From Nitrosopumilus zosterae (GTDB lineage Archaea; Thermoproteota; Nitrososphaeria; Nitrososphaerales; Nitrosopumilaceae), in NCBI RefSeq assembly GCF_025998175.1, contig NZ_AP026695.1:932760-964759 (forward strand): a stretch of DNA of 32,000 nt, written 5' to 3'. How positions within the stretch are numbered: position 1 is the first letter of the stretch; each line of letters starts with the position of its first letter. The position numbers and the translations under genes are program-made. Shown piece after piece: positions 8,572 through 18,011 of this stretch. A model generated the notes under the pieces. The model was not told where the DNA came from, ran no database searches, and worked only from the letters and a program-made list of their open reading frames with translations.

Positions 8572-9120
8572 TTGGTTGAAGATGGTAATCCAATTAAGGA
8601 ATACATATTTGAATATATTAACAATTCACAAATCATTCCCAAATTAATTTCTGAGAAAAAATTTGATCAAATAATTGAGGATGTGACAGAAAATTGTTAT
8701 GATAAAATCGTTTCAATGGGAGAAAAAGAAGAGGCAGTTGGAATTTTAGCAACAGGATTACTGCATTATTTACTTACAAATGCTCTAATCACCAGTCAAA
8801 GAAAAATAAATTATAAAGGAATAGAGATAGACATTGTAATTCCAGACATTAAAACTTTAGAAAAAGACCAAAAAAAGACTTTACTAATTTGCATACTAAA
8901 ATCTTCAGATGTTAACACAATTAATGAAAAAATATCTCTATTAGAAAAGATTCAACATGAAAAAGAAAACATTTGGCTAGTTTTATCAAAAAACATACCC
9001 ATTAAAAAAAGATCATTCATATTATCTAAAAAAAATAATTCATTTTCAAAAATTATCTTTGAGATTGCACAGTTTAGTAATGTAGGTGGAATAAACAAAT
9101 TTAAAATTTTACGAATTTGA
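8572..9120 (+). CDS. Hypothetical protein
   Basis: 182-codon ORF with genome-typical composition. TTG start; the first in-frame ATG is about 47 codons in. No family recognised. Confidence 0.5.
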   Translation: MVEDGNPIKEYIFEYINNSQIIPKLISEKKFDQIIEDVTENCYDKIVSMGEKEEAVGILATGLLHYLLTNALITSQRKINYKGIEIDIVIPDIKTLEKDQKKTLLICILKSSDVNTINEKISLLEKIQHEKENIWLVLSKNIPIKKRSFILSKKNNSFSKIIFEIAQFSNVGGINKFKILRI

Positions 9121-9124
9121 ATAA

Positions 9125-9808
9125 TTATTTTAGAAAAATTCTCATATCTAGATTTTTTGTAAATATTCTATTCAATGAAGAATCACTCATATTTTTAATG
9201 AATGGAATTGAACCTAACACTTTAACACCGGTTAGGTTTTCTATATCTTGTTTTAATTCAGATATAGAATAACCCTTTTCAAAATTATTAATTATAATTC
9301 CTTTAATGGGGATTTTATAATTTTTGCACATAATACAAGTCATTAATGTATGATTTACGGTTCCAATTCTACTACTAGCAACAATAACTGTGGGAATATT
9401 CATGTCTTTAATCAAACTGGAAACATAGTAATTTTTCTTAATTGGAGTCAGGATCCCGCCCATTCCTTCAACTAGAATTAATTCATGAAGTTGAGATAAT
9501 TTTTTGAAACTATTCAACACAGTTGCAATTTTCGGTTTAATTTTTAACATCCTTGAAGCAGTGTAGGGCGAAGCTGGAATAGGGAAAAATTGAGGGTTTA
9601 CTAAATTTTCAGGATCGCTTATACCTGCAGCGTTTGATAAAATTTCAACATCTTCGGATTTGAATCCATTCTTTTGAACCACGCCGGCAGCAAAAGGTTT
9701 CATCACGCCAACGTCAATCCCCATCTTTCTTAGTGTCACTGCCAATCCTGCAGTCACATATGTTTTACCAACATCAGTATCAGTCCCAGTAATAAAGAAA
9801 GATTTCAC
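9125..9808 (-). CDS. bioD: Dethiobiotin synthetase
   Basis: N-terminal P-loop FITGTDTDVGKT is the BioD signature. Sits in a biotin cluster. GTG start. Confidence 0.9.
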   Translation of the reverse strand: MKSFFITGTDTDVGKTYVTAGLAVTLRKMGIDVGVMKPFAAGVVQKNGFKSEDVEILSNAAGISDPENLVNPQFFPIPASPYTASRMLKIKPKIATVLNSFKKLSQLHELILVEGMGGILTPIKKNYYVSSLIKDMNIPTVIVASSRIGTVNHTLMTCIMCKNYKIPIKGIIINNFEKGYSISELKQDIENLTGVKVLGSIPFIKNMSDSSLNRIFTKNLDMRIFLK

Positions 9809-9882
9809 TAGATATCATTTAGAATCATAATTGATTAATCTTATCGTTTGATTATTAAGAAGATCAGAAATAACAGGTTTGT

Positions 9883-11205
9883 TTGAAAAATACAAGTTTT
9901 GTTTGGCATCCAAATACACAGATGAAAGAATGGAGTTTGTTTGATGAAATTACTAGTGCAAAAGGAGTATGGTTAAGAGATTCAAAAGGTAACAAAACAC
10001 TAGATGCGGTAGCATCAATGTGGTGTAATGTTTGGGGGCACTCAAATCAAGAATTAATAAATGCAATTACAAATCAAAGTAAAAAACTACAGCATTCCTC
10101 AATGTTTAATTTAACTAATGAACCTGCAGAAAAATTAGCTGAATATCTTGTGAAGATTTCTCCAAAAATGCACAAGGTGTTTTATTCAGATAATGGTTCT
10201 TCAGCAATGGAAATTGCCATCAAAATGGCATTACAATATTGGAAGAACATAGGAGAGAAAAATAAAACAAAAATCGCAACGTTGGAAAACGGATATCATG
10301 GAGATACATTTGGGGCAATGTCAGTAGGATATGTTCCAGAATTTTTTGGTAAGTTCAAAAAACAATTATTTACAACATTGCAATTTCCGGTACCTAACAA
10401 ATATAGAGTTCCAAAAGGATTTACTTTTTTAGATTATCAAAATCATTGTTTAGAAAAAATAGAGAATGAATTTGCAAAAAGGAACAACATTGCGGCGTTT
10501 ATCATGGAAAGTGGAGCACAAGTTGCAGGTGGAGTGATCATTTATCCAAAAGGGTTTCAAAATAAAATAAATAAATTGTGTAAGGAATATGATGTAATAT
10601 TTGTATTAGATGAAATTGCTACAGGTTTTGGAAGATTAGGTTCAATGTTTCAATTTCAGGAACAAAAAAACACACCAGACATAGTAGCATATGGAAAAAT
10701 GTTAACGGGGGGCTATCTCACAATGGCTGCAACATTAACAAGCAAAAAAGTATATGATTCGTTTTTAGGTGAATTCAATGATTGGAAACATCTCTTTCAC
10801 GGACATACATATACTGGTAATCCGATTGCCGCAGCCGTTGCATTAGAAAATCTAAAGATGTATAAAAAATACAAATTGATTGAAAAAATTCAAAGCACAT
10901 CTAAAATTTTTGAAAAATACTATCAAAAAATTTTGGAAATTGATATTGTGGGAGACATTAGACATAAAGGAATGCTAATGGGAATAGAATTAGTCACAGA
11001 CAAAAAGAAAAAAACACCAATACATCCTAAAAAGTCAATAAACAAAATATTTTTTGAAGAAGGGAAAAGACATGGAATCTATCTTAGAACTCTTGGAAAT
11101 ATTGTAATGATAGTGCCTCCATTGGCCATTACTAAAAAAGAACTAGAATTACTCTTAGAGAAGACAATTTTAACCATAAAAGCTGCAAGAGCACAAGTAA
11201 TTTGA
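9883..11205 (+). CDS. bioA: Adenosylmethionine-8-amino-7-oxononanoate aminotransferase
   Basis: Class III aminotransferase pattern: VWHPNTQM near the N-terminus, DEIATGFGRLG, and the YGKMLTGG PLP-Lys region. The TTG start is required because the conserved WHP motif precedes the first ATG. Confidence 0.9.
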   Translation: MKNTSFVWHPNTQMKEWSLFDEITSAKGVWLRDSKGNKTLDAVASMWCNVWGHSNQELINAITNQSKKLQHSSMFNLTNEPAEKLAEYLVKISPKMHKVFYSDNGSSAMEIAIKMALQYWKNIGEKNKTKIATLENGYHGDTFGAMSVGYVPEFFGKFKKQLFTTLQFPVPNKYRVPKGFTFLDYQNHCLEKIENEFAKRNNIAAFIMESGAQVAGGVIIYPKGFQNKINKLCKEYDVIFVLDEIATGFGRLGSMFQFQEQKNTPDIVAYGKMLTGGYLTMAATLTSKKVYDSFLGEFNDWKHLFHGHTYTGNPIAAAVALENLKMYKKYKLIEKIQSTSKIFEKYYQKILEIDIVGDIRHKGMLMGIELVTDKKKKTPIHPKKSINKIFFEEGKRHGIYLRTLGNIVMIVPPLAITKKELELLLEKTILTIKAARAQVI

Positions 11206-11278
11206 CCGTTAACCCCCAGGATAAAGAAAGGTTAACCTTTCCATTATTGTTATAAATGGAATATTTATTATTCCAATT

Positions 11279-12256
11279 ATGAGTGCATATGAATTTATCA
11301 AAGAGTGTCAAGAAAAAGTATTTTCAGGAATCAGTATTTCTTCAGAAGACGCAAAAAAATTATTGAATATACAAGATGAAAAATTAAAAGAATTAGCAAA
11401 GTGTGCAAATGAAATAACTCGTGAATTCAACGGGAATAAAGTAGATGTTGAACAATTAAACAATATCAAAAAAAATGCATGCAGTGAAGACTGTACATTT
11501 TGTGGACAATCGGCATTTTTTGACACAGGTATAGATACATATCAATTACCTTCACCTGAAGATGTAGTAAGTAAAGCGCAAAAAGCTAAAGAGGATGGTG
11601 CGGAATCATATTGTCTTGTTGCAGCTTGGAGAGAACCAACAACTAGGGATTTTGAAAAAGTTTGTAAAATTATAAGTGAGATCAATGATAAAGTAGGGAT
11701 CAATGTGGAGTGTAGTTTAGGATTTCTAACACCAGAACAAGCAAAAAAACTAAAAGAACTTAAAGTCAAAAGATACAATCATAATTTGGAAACTGCAAAA
11801 TCAAAATTTCCCGAAATATGTACAACACATACGTATGAAGACAGATTGAAAACATTGAAAATTGCAAGAGACGCAGGATTAGAATTGTGTACTGGCGGGA
11901 TTATCGGATTAGGAGAAACACGAGAACAGAGACTGGAATTGGCACTTGAATTAGGAAGACTATATCCAGAAGAAGTAACAATCAACATTCTAGTTCCAAT
12001 GCCCGGAACTCCATTAGAATTACAAACAGATCTTCCAAATTCTGAAATAGTTAGAATTTTTTCAGTTATACGATTTTTACTACCTGAATCAGTAATCAAA
12101 ATTTCTGGCGGTCGAGAATCAAAACTGGAAGATTCTGGAGAGGAACTTCTCCAAAGTGGTGCCAACGGAATAATCACTGAAGGGTATCTAACTATGGGAG
12201 GAAATGAGGCTAAAAAAGACCGAGAATTAATAGAGAAAATTGGCCTCCAATCATAA
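11279..12256 (+). CDS. bioB: Biotin synthase (radical SAM)
   Basis: CxxxCxxC motif CSEDCTFCGQS. YNHNLET and the overall BioB pattern. Biotin cluster context. Confidence 0.9.
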   Translation: MSAYEFIKECQEKVFSGISISSEDAKKLLNIQDEKLKELAKCANEITREFNGNKVDVEQLNNIKKNACSEDCTFCGQSAFFDTGIDTYQLPSPEDVVSKAQKAKEDGAESYCLVAAWREPTTRDFEKVCKIISEINDKVGINVECSLGFLTPEQAKKLKELKVKRYNHNLETAKSKFPEICTTHTYEDRLKTLKIARDAGLELCTGGIIGLGETREQRLELALELGRLYPEEVTINILVPMPGTPLELQTDLPNSEIVRIFSVIRFLLPESVIKISGGRESKLEDSGEELLQSGANGIITEGYLTMGGNEAKKDRELIEKIGLQS

Positions 12257-13373
12257 ACTAAACTTTGTTGATTCTGAATTAGAAAATCTAAAACGACTGA
12301 ATCTTTATAGAAAATTACGATATGGAAAATCCAAAGGGCCTCACATAATCATCAACAATAAAAAATTATTGAATTTATGCTCAAATGATTATTTAGGGAT
12401 ACATTCATCACAAATTCAAATAAATCAACTTCAATCAAGTTCAAGATTAGTATCAGGAAACGATGAATCATATAAAAAATTAGAAAGCATTCTTGCAAAA
12501 CATAAATCACAACAAAACAGTCTGGTATACCCTACAGGATATATGGCAAATCTAGGTGCAATAAGTGCTATTGCCAAGAAAAAAGACATCATTCTAAGTG
12601 ATGAGTTAAATCATGCAAGCATTATTGAATCATGCAAGCTTACTGATTCAAAAATTATTATTTACAAACATAATGATATGCAAGATTTAGAAAAAAAACT
12701 CAAATTAAAAGTAAATAACAAATTCGTAATTACTGAAGGAATATTCAGCATGGATGGAGATTTTTCGTCATTAAAACAAATATCAGAATTATCAGAAAAA
12801 CAAAATGCAATAACAATAGTAGATGATGCACACGGTGATTTTGTTGTTGGAAAAGATGGAAGTGGAACTCCAAGTTATTTTAATGTAGAAAAGAAAATTG
12901 ATTTATACATAAGCAGTCTAAGTAAAGGTCTAGGATCTTTTGGAGGGTATGTTGCATCAAAAAATAATGTAATTGATTTATGCATAAATAAATCAAAATC
13001 ATTCATTTACACATCAGCGCTTCCTTCATTTTTAATTGAATATTCAATAAAGAGGTTCAAATCAAATAGAGAAGAACGAAAGAAAAAACTAGAAAGAAAT
13101 ACTAGAAAATTAATTAAAGGATTAAAGCAAATTGGATTTGAAATCAATTCCACCACTCATATAATTCCAATAATCATAGGAGATGAAAAAAAGGCTATAG
13201 AGTTTGGAGAATTCTTGATGAACAGAGGAGTTTTTGCCCAACCAATTAGATATCCAACAGTTCCCAAAAACAAGGCAAGATTAAGAATTTCGGTCACAGC
13301 ATGGCTGTCAGATAAAGACATTGAAAGATCGCTTGAAATTTTCGAGAAAGCATTTAGAAAATTTTGCAACTAG
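12240..13373 (+). CDS. bioF: 8-amino-7-oxononanoate synthase
   Basis: Alpha-oxoamine synthase pattern: NDYLG, DDAHG, and the PLP-lysine motif SSLSKGLGSFGG. TTG start overlapping the bioB end by 17 nt. Confidence 0.85.
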   Translation: MASNHKLNFVDSELENLKRLNLYRKLRYGKSKGPHIIINNKKLLNLCSNDYLGIHSSQIQINQLQSSSRLVSGNDESYKKLESILAKHKSQQNSLVYPTGYMANLGAISAIAKKKDIILSDELNHASIIESCKLTDSKIIIYKHNDMQDLEKKLKLKVNNKFVITEGIFSMDGDFSSLKQISELSEKQNAITIVDDAHGDFVVGKDGSGTPSYFNVEKKIDLYISSLSKGLGSFGGYVASKNNVIDLCINKSKSFIYTSALPSFLIEYSIKRFKSNREERKKKLERNTRKLIKGLKQIGFEINSTTHIIPIIIGDEKKAIEFGEFLMNRGVFAQPIRYPTVPKNKARLRISVTAWLSDKDIERSLEIFEKAFRKFCN

Positions 13374-13474
13374 CGCATAGAATCAAATCCACCAATAGCA
13401 GGAGAACCAATAATTACAGCTAGTGTGATTACTATGCCCAAGGCAATACCCACTAAGATAAATCGCTTATTCAC
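13370..13474 (-). CDS. Possible 34-aa single-TM micro-protein (GTG start)
   Basis: Hand translation: VNKRFILVGIALGIVITLAVIIGSPAIGGFDSMR. An in-frame stop lies just upstream. Support is the hydrophobic helix only. Confidence 0.2.
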   Translation of the reverse strand: MNKRFILVGIALGIVITLAVIIGSPAIGGFDSMR

Positions 13475-13567
13475 ACTAAAAGTTACAATGACCTAGATAA
13501 AAACGGATTGTAGGTTTATCGAGTAATTTGGAAGAATGCTTTAAAGGAAAAATAGTACATTTAATGC

Positions 13568-14302
13568 ATGAGTGAGATCAATCTGGCAATAGCTGCACTT
13601 GCAGGATTAGGATCATTTGTAGCTCCATGCATCTTACCAATGATACCGGCATTTTTGGCATATATTTCAGGAACAACACTTACAGAATTAAATCAAGCAG
13701 GAAATGCCAAAGTATTCACTATAAACAGAACCAACATTGTTTTGAATTCAGTATTCTTTGTTCTAGGATTTTCAGTGGTGTTCTCAATATTAGGAGTAAT
13801 TATTAACAGTGTACTAGGAACAGCAGCTGAAGAATTTGTAGGTGTGTTAAATCAAGTAGGAGGAATTATCATCATAGGATTTGGAATATTTTTACTTCTT
13901 TCAACAAAGATCAATAAATTAAATATAGAAAAAAAATTCTTTCCTAAAAGATCAAAAGCAAGTTATCCTATGTCGTTTGTTTTTGGATTAGCATTTGCTG
14001 CAGGTTGGACACCATGTGTTGGTCCAATATTAGGCACAATACTTACACTGGCTGCAACAACTCCATCTGTTGCATTTAATTTACTATTAGTTTACTCCTT
14101 AGGATTAGGAATTCCATTCATTTTGATCGGAGTATTTTATTCTAGGGCAACCAGAATTATTCGTTCTATGAGCAAACACCTGAAATATTACAATTTAGTA
14201 TTAGGTGGGTTTATTATGATTTTAGGAATTTTGGTTTTCACAAATCAATTAGCATATATTGCAAATTTTCCACTTCTTAACGAATTATTATTTTTAGGGT
14301 GA
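13568..14302 (+). CDS. ccdA: CcdA/DsbD-family transmembrane thiol-disulfide electron transporter
   Basis: Polytopic membrane protein with the two conserved Cys motifs VAPCILPMIP and GWTPCVGPILG. Confidence 0.85.
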   Translation: MSEINLAIAALAGLGSFVAPCILPMIPAFLAYISGTTLTELNQAGNAKVFTINRTNIVLNSVFFVLGFSVVFSILGVIINSVLGTAAEEFVGVLNQVGGIIIIGFGIFLLLSTKINKLNIEKKFFPKRSKASYPMSFVFGLAFAAGWTPCVGPILGTILTLAATTPSVAFNLLLVYSLGLGIPFILIGVFYSRATRIIRSMSKHLKYYNLVLGGFIMILGILVFTNQLAYIANFPLLNELLFLG

Positions 14303-14306
14303 TCAT

Positions 14307-15413
14307 TTGAAATCGGAAATTAAAACTGCGTTAATCTTAGGAATTGTGATAGCCATGGGACTTGTGATTATAAGTATTACTTTCTCAACTTTAGATGAAA
14401 AATCTGAAACAGCAAATATTCAGGAAGCAAAAACACTTGATAAAATTGACAAATCAAGATTCAAAATGGCTCCAGATTTAGTAGGCATATCACATTACTT
14501 GAACACCACTCCAGAAGAATTAAAAAAACAAATTGAAAATAAAGTGGTGCTTTATGATATTTGGACATACAGTTGTATCAATTGTGTAAGAACACTACCT
14601 TACATCACTGCATGGGACGATAAATATGAAGAACAGGGATTGTTAGTAATAGGAATTCATTCACCAGAATTTGAATTTGAAAAAAATCCTGAAAATGTCA
14701 AAATGGCAATTGAAAAATATGGTATAGAATACCCTGTCGTGATGGATAACGATATGGAAACATGGAAAGCTTTTGAGAACAGATATTGGCCAAGAAAGTA
14801 CATTGCAGATCATGAAGGATACATAAGATATGATCACATTGGCGAAGGCGGATATCAGGAAACTGAAAAAATCATTCAACAGCTTTTAGAAGAACGCGAT
14901 GCATCACTTGGAATTCAGATGGCATCATCTGGACCACTTGTAGAATTAGAAGAATTTGAACATACAATGTTCAGAACGCCTGAATTGTATTTTGGTTACA
15001 ATTTTGCTCAGAATAGAAATCAGTTAGGAAGTGATGAAGGATTTCAACCAGAAAAAATTGTAAGTTATTCAGAACCGGATAAAATTGATTTACACAAGTT
15101 TTACCCAATAGGAAATTGGAAAAATCATGAAGATAGTATGGAATTGGCATCTGCAAATGGATCAATCAAATTACTTTACAACGCAAAAGAAGTAAATCTA
15201 GTTACTGCAAATAATGCAGAACTAGAGATATTTCTTGATGGGGAACCGCTGCCATCAAAGTATTCAGGTAAAGACATCATATTTGAAAATAAAATAACAG
15301 TTTCAGAACCAGGATTATACAACATAATTAGCAGTGAAATTAGTTCTTCACACACTATGGAAATTAAGGTTGTAGGAAAGGGATTTCAAATATTTACATT
15401 TACTTTTGGATAG
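14307..15413 (+). CDS. Membrane-anchored thioredoxin-like (TlpA/ResA-type) protein with DipZ-C-terminal-like beta-rich domain
   Basis: TM anchor, then a CxxC in WTYSCINCVRTLP. The C-terminal ~150 aa end in IFTFTFG, reminiscent of the DipZ C-terminal domain. TTG start 4 nt after ccdA. Confidence 0.75.
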   Translation: MKSEIKTALILGIVIAMGLVIISITFSTLDEKSETANIQEAKTLDKIDKSRFKMAPDLVGISHYLNTTPEELKKQIENKVVLYDIWTYSCINCVRTLPYITAWDDKYEEQGLLVIGIHSPEFEFEKNPENVKMAIEKYGIEYPVVMDNDMETWKAFENRYWPRKYIADHEGYIRYDHIGEGGYQETEKIIQQLLEERDASLGIQMASSGPLVELEEFEHTMFRTPELYFGYNFAQNRNQLGSDEGFQPEKIVSYSEPDKIDLHKFYPIGNWKNHEDSMELASANGSIKLLYNAKEVNLVTANNAELEIFLDGEPLPSKYSGKDIIFENKITVSEPGLYNIISSEISSSHTMEIKVVGKGFQIFTFTFG

Positions 15414-15507
15414 TGTATCTGAAGCCTCTTGTCACTCCAGTTACAGTATCAGTGGTGACAAACCTCTTTAAAACAAAAATTTTCATCAATATTGAGGAAA
15501 TTAAGGT

Positions 15508-16158
15508 TTGATAAGCAATTCATGGAATAAAGCAGAAAGAGAAAGCATATCTCAAAAAGTAATGGGAAGGGTAAAACCAGACGAGCCATTAAAGAACAAA
15601 ATTGACTTTGCACAAAAAAAATTACAATTTCAAATTTCAAAATTAGAATCAATAAATGAAAAATTGCAGAAAAAACACGATATTATCTTTGAGAAGATAG
15701 TAAATGCACAAAGAAACAACAAACCCAGTTATGCACAAGCATATGCAGGAGAATTAACTCAAGTTAGAAAAATGAAAAACATGGTAAGCGGTGCCAAACT
15801 TTCAATGGAACAGGTCAAACTTAGACTAGACACAGTATCGGAATTGGGAGATGTAGTAGTAACACTTAGTCCATGTATGTCAATCATTAAAGGTCTTAGT
15901 CCGTCACTTAATGGAATAATGCCAGAGGCCAATGCTTCAATGCAAGATTTGTCACAAATACTTGGTGATGTGATGTCAGGCTCATCAGTAAACATGGGAG
16001 ATGCTATGAATATGGGTACTGAAACAAATGCAGACACATTGGCAATTCTTGAAGAAGCACATAATGTAATTGCAGGTCAAACCAAATCATCAATCCCAGA
16101 TGTTCCAGATAGTCTGAAAAAACAAATTGTTGAGAGAAAATCAGATATTTTCATCTAG
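15508..16158 (+). CDS. cdvB: ESCRT-III / Snf7-family protein (CdvB paralogue)
   Basis: Basic helical N-terminal half and acidic C-terminus. Core LRLDTVSELGDVVVTLSPCMSIIKGL matches the recalled archaeal CdvB pattern (RLETxxExGD..LxP). Start is uncertain: TTG at 15508 or ATG at 15562. Confidence 0.7.
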   Translation: MISNSWNKAERESISQKVMGRVKPDEPLKNKIDFAQKKLQFQISKLESINEKLQKKHDIIFEKIVNAQRNNKPSYAQAYAGELTQVRKMKNMVSGAKLSMEQVKLRLDTVSELGDVVVTLSPCMSIIKGLSPSLNGIMPEANASMQDLSQILGDVMSGSSVNMGDAMNMGTETNADTLAILEEAHNVIAGQTKSSIPDVPDSLKKQIVERKSDIFI

Positions 16159-16482
16159 AAATTATATAGATTTGAAATAAAAATCACTGGAAATTGGTTT
16201 GTGACCAAAAGTGCCAATAGAAATACTTCTTGATCGGGCAGAATGAAGACTTGTAAATTCCAATTTTCCAATGATTTTAGTCTTGGATGACTCGTAAGGT
16301 ATGATAGACCAAACATACAAGACCAACATTATTGAAGTTATGAAATTATTATAGATGTCTGAAATTACATTTTCATATTATATGATAATAGATTCATGGT
16401 TTTTATGATTTCATTTCACAGACATATAACAAAAAACTGGATCAATCATCATGTTTAATACAAAAATTGCATTATAAAAAAT

Positions 16483-16782
16483 ATGAATCAAGAAACAAAG
16501 CCTTGGGTATTAGTAAGCAGCATACAAAAAGAAACAAAACCAGTTGATCTTGAAATGATAACCTCCCAAATATCAACTCTTGTGGATGAATGGCAATCAC
16601 ATGGAAAAATAATGTGGTCAGGTGCATTTGATAATCAAGTTTCATCTATGGCAGTTTTTGAGGCTACAGAACAAGAAGCAAAAGAATTTTTCAAAAAATA
16701 TGAAAAGATTTGTTCAGGAATACTAACTTATGAAATGTACCAATGGGATGCAATGCCAATTCTATCAATCTTATCAAATTAA
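16483..16782 (+). CDS. Small hypothetical protein (99 aa)
   Basis: Clean ATG ORF followed by the hairpin TTATTCTA-AAAA-TAGAATAA at 16798-16817. No family recognised. Confidence 0.5.
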   Translation: MNQETKPWVLVSSIQKETKPVDLEMITSQISTLVDEWQSHGKIMWSGAFDNQVSSMAVFEATEQEAKEFFKKYEKICSGILTYEMYQWDAMPILSILSN

Positions 16783-16916
16783 TGATAAGATTTTTTCTTA
16801 TTCTAAAAATAGAATAAATTGTAAAAACAAGAATGGAATTAAAATGTAAAGTGAAGAAGAAAAATCATAATGAATAAAGCAATCTGTTAAAACATATCTA
16901 AGATATTCGAAAAGAA

Positions 16917-17258
16917 TTACTTTGACTTCTTTTTACTTTTTTGAATTAATATTTTCTTTATTCTAGAAATTGTAGGGTAGCTGTATCCACGTCGACGATA
17001 ATTTGCTATCATCATCTTCCAATTTTTTAGTCTCCATTGAGCTTGCTCGGCAGTAACAGAATGAACTTCTTTTTGAATAATGCTTTTTCTTCCAACCTTA
17101 AGAGTTCCCGCATCTTTCGCAGACCATCGGTTTTTTGCGAATTTTAAACCTGTAAGAATTTCTTTTACAGGCATTTCTTTGAAATATTCTTTAATCTTTT
17201 TTAATTCTGCATCTGAAAGGTTATCAGAAATCGGTAACTCAATAGTGGTTTTTATCAT
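16917..17258 (-). CDS. Basic hypothetical protein (113 aa), Lys-rich tail
   Basis: ATG ORF with basic C-terminus RRRGYSYPTISRIKKILIQKSKKKSK, suggesting nucleic-acid binding. No family recognised. Confidence 0.5.
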   Translation of the reverse strand: MIKTTIELPISDNLSDAELKKIKEYFKEMPVKEILTGLKFAKNRWSAKDAGTLKVGRKSIIQKEVHSVTAEQAQWRLKNWKMMIANYRRRGYSYPTISRIKKILIQKSKKKSK

Positions 17259-17376
17259 AAATAACCTATTACCTAATACTTTAAGAGAATCATGCTAAAC
17301 CAGAATTAACTAAAATAGAGAAAATTAGAAATTGTTTGATACTGATTGAAAAATTCAAACAATGAATGGAGTTTGG

Positions 17377-17496
17377 TTAACAAGGCAATGGAATGGTAGT
17401 AGTTTTACACAAGGTGTTATACATGCCAAATCCAAAAATTATGGTTGCAAAAACAATCAACGGAATCAAAACAAAAATTTTAGTTTTAAGACCCAT
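17377..17496 (-). CDS. Possible 39-aa single-TM micro-protein
   Basis: Hand translation: MGLKTKIFVLIPLIVFATIIFGFGMYNTLCKTTTIPLPC. Same strand as the two genes upstream of it (17536-18380). Confidence 0.3.
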   Translation of the reverse strand: MGLKTKIFVLIPLIVFATIIFGFGMYNTLCKTTTIPLPC

Positions 17497-17535
17497 GTTT
17501 AAAATAAAATGAGTCAATATAAAATTGTGACAGTT

Positions 17536-17976
17536 TCAATCAATATCAATAGTAAAAGTACCTTTTGTTTTTGGATTTTGTAATAAAGATACCATCGTCC
17601 TGGGCAACAAATCAGATGCCTTATCACATTTTATTGCCAAAGTTCTAGGACAAATAAAATCACTTTTTCGTATTACAATGTCTTTAGTATGAGCAAGGAT
17701 CAATTCTGGATGCCCTCTTCCTTCTAAAATAAATTCATCATCACCTACACTAATAGTGAATTTTATCTTTGAATTAGAATTTTTTAATTTATTTTTTAAC
17801 TCTAATGGTAAATCAGCACAACTGGATGTTGCATTTACACCCACAATGCAATCCCCTTGAGGAGTTAAATGAGATTCTTTTGTAATTTCAATAGTTTTTT
17901 GATGGTTGGATCTAATATTTTCATGTCCAAAAAATTCAATTTCAAATTTCACAATACTTGAATAAAAAAAACTCAA
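17536..17976 (-). CDS. DUF371-family protein
   Basis: GHENIRSNHQKTIEITKESHLTPQGDCIVGV...RKSDFICPRTLAIKCDKA matches the recalled archaeal DUF371 pattern. The real start may be the internal GTG (VKFEIEFFGHENI) rather than the TTG at 17976. Confidence 0.6.
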   Translation of the reverse strand: MSFFYSSIVKFEIEFFGHENIRSNHQKTIEITKESHLTPQGDCIVGVNATSSCADLPLELKNKLKNSNSKIKFTISVGDDEFILEGRGHPELILAHTKDIVIRKSDFICPRTLAIKCDKASDLLPRTMVSLLQNPKTKGTFTIDID

Positions 17977-18011
17977 ATTAAACGTTCATGAAAATTATTT
18001 TAAATCACATT

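Noticed and set aside
8572-9120. Possible PD-(D/E)xK nuclease motif (GIEIDIVIPD ... LLICILK) in the 182-aa hypothetical
   Set aside because: The putative (D/E)xK element lacks the acidic residue. The resemblance is too weak to claim without a profile search.
11308-12177. Three minus-strand ORFs (72, 78, 132 aa) inside bioB
   Set aside because: Fully antisense to a confidently identified radical-SAM biotin synthase. Ser/Pro-rich, non-protein-like composition.
14661-15652. Minus-strand ORFs 14661-14879, 14971-15165, 15449-15652
   Set aside because: Antisense to the thioredoxin-like gene and the cdvB start region. Phe/Ile-rich products are typical of AT-rich antisense frames.
16162-16329. 55-aa minus-strand ORF in the cdvB-downstream intergenic region
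   Set aside because: Ser-rich, non-descript sequence with no promoter-like element, hydrophobic helix or motif. Nothing distinguishes it from chance.
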